From positions 128,001 through 192,000 of the forward strand of contig CAVYBH010000002.1 in the NCBI GenBank assembly GCA_963766715.1: a stretch of DNA of 64,000 bases, written 5' to 3'. Within the stretch, counting starts at the first letter, position 1, and every line of letters starts with the position of its first letter. Source of the DNA: an uncultured delta proteobacterium (lineage in GTDB: Bacteria; Myxococcota; Myxococcia; Myxococcales; Anaeromyxobacteraceae). Shown piece after piece: positions 63,513 through 64,000 of this stretch. A program made the position numbers and the translations under genes. The notes below the pieces were generated by a model. The model had not been told where the DNA came from. It did no database searches and worked only from the letters and a program-made list of their open reading frames with translations.

Positions 63513-64000
63513 CGCTTCGCGAATCGTGGATGGAGAGTCCGCTGGGGCGGATCCACCTCGTCGCCTGCGAGGACGCGCTCGCGGGCCTCTACCTGGAGGA
63601 CCACGCGAGGAAGCCGCCCGTCGACGCGGCCGACGGGTCGGGATGGCCCCTCCTTCGCGAGGCCCGGGCGCAGCTCGAGGCCTGGTTCCGGGGCGAGCGG
63701 ACCCGCTTCGACCTGCCGCTGCGTCCCCGGGGAACGCCCTTCCAGCTGGAAGTCTGGCGGGCGCTCTCCGCGATCCCGCACGGCGAGACCCGGACCTACG
63801 CGGAGGTCGCCCGGGCGATCGGCCGGCCGGCGGCTTCACGCGCCGTCGGGGCGGCCAACGCGCGGAACCCCATCTCGATCGTCGTCCCCTGCCACCGGGT
63901 GGTGGGCGCCGACGGCTCCCTCACCGGCTACGCAGGCGGCCTCGATCGCAAGCGCTGGCTGCTCGCGCACGAGCGCAGTGCCACCCAGGGCTCTCGCGCC
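63509..64000 (+). CDS. ogt: Methylated-DNA-protein-cysteine methyltransferase (truncated by window end)
   Basis: GGAGG RBS, ESPLG, GTPFQLEVW, IPHGETRTY, RAVGAAN, active-site PCHRV, LTGYAGG. Confidence 0.93.
   Translation, partial: MTLRESWMESPLGRIHLVACEDALAGLYLEDHARKPPVDAADGSGWPLLREARAQLEAWFRGERTRFDLPLRPRGTPFQLEVWRALSAIPHGETRTYAEVARAIGRPAASRAVGAANARNPISIVVPCHRVVGADGSLTGYAGGLDRKRWLLAHERSATQGSRA

Overview
Very GC-rich bacterial chromosomal DNA. Gene content and style suggest Myxococcota, probably Anaeromyxobacter-like (inference). At least 20 genes are split by single-base indels while keeping intact motifs on both sides, which is most consistent with uncorrected long-read errors. The supplied ORF track is therefore often chimeric, and I reassembled genes by eye. 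Contents in order: a complete V/A-type ATPase operon (G-I-K-E-C-F-A-B-D, minus strand, 18-8236); qor, a prolyl oligopeptidase and an MFS transporter; a Hyb-type [NiFe] hydrogenase operon (hybO-A-B-C plus maturation protease) with a likely sigma54 promoter; a run of housekeeping and accessory genes (USP, M28 peptidase, SEC-C MetAP, rsmE, lhgO, acuI, GalT-like, ferritin-like, TrmJ-like, CitE-like, Nudix, methyltransferase, AI-2E, Cys/Met PLP enzyme, DUF72, SLT, EamA, flavin reductase). The most unusual locus is 39.1-47.3 kb: a strongly structured leader, then an approximately 1,900-aa secreted protein (BNR/Asp-box region, 17 near-perfect ANLSN pentapeptides, Ig-like repeats, PxKF-type C-terminus), then a membrane-anchored TPR protein with no catalytic domain. 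Downstream lie a FabX/UfaA-like flavoprotein, a Cys-rich beta-helix lipoprotein, an S9 peptidase, a sigma54-type ferredoxin, hemerythrin with a long PhhA, an exported glutaminase, several secreted proteins and ada/alkA-ogt (cut by the window end). I saw no rRNA, tRNA, CRISPR array or mobile element.
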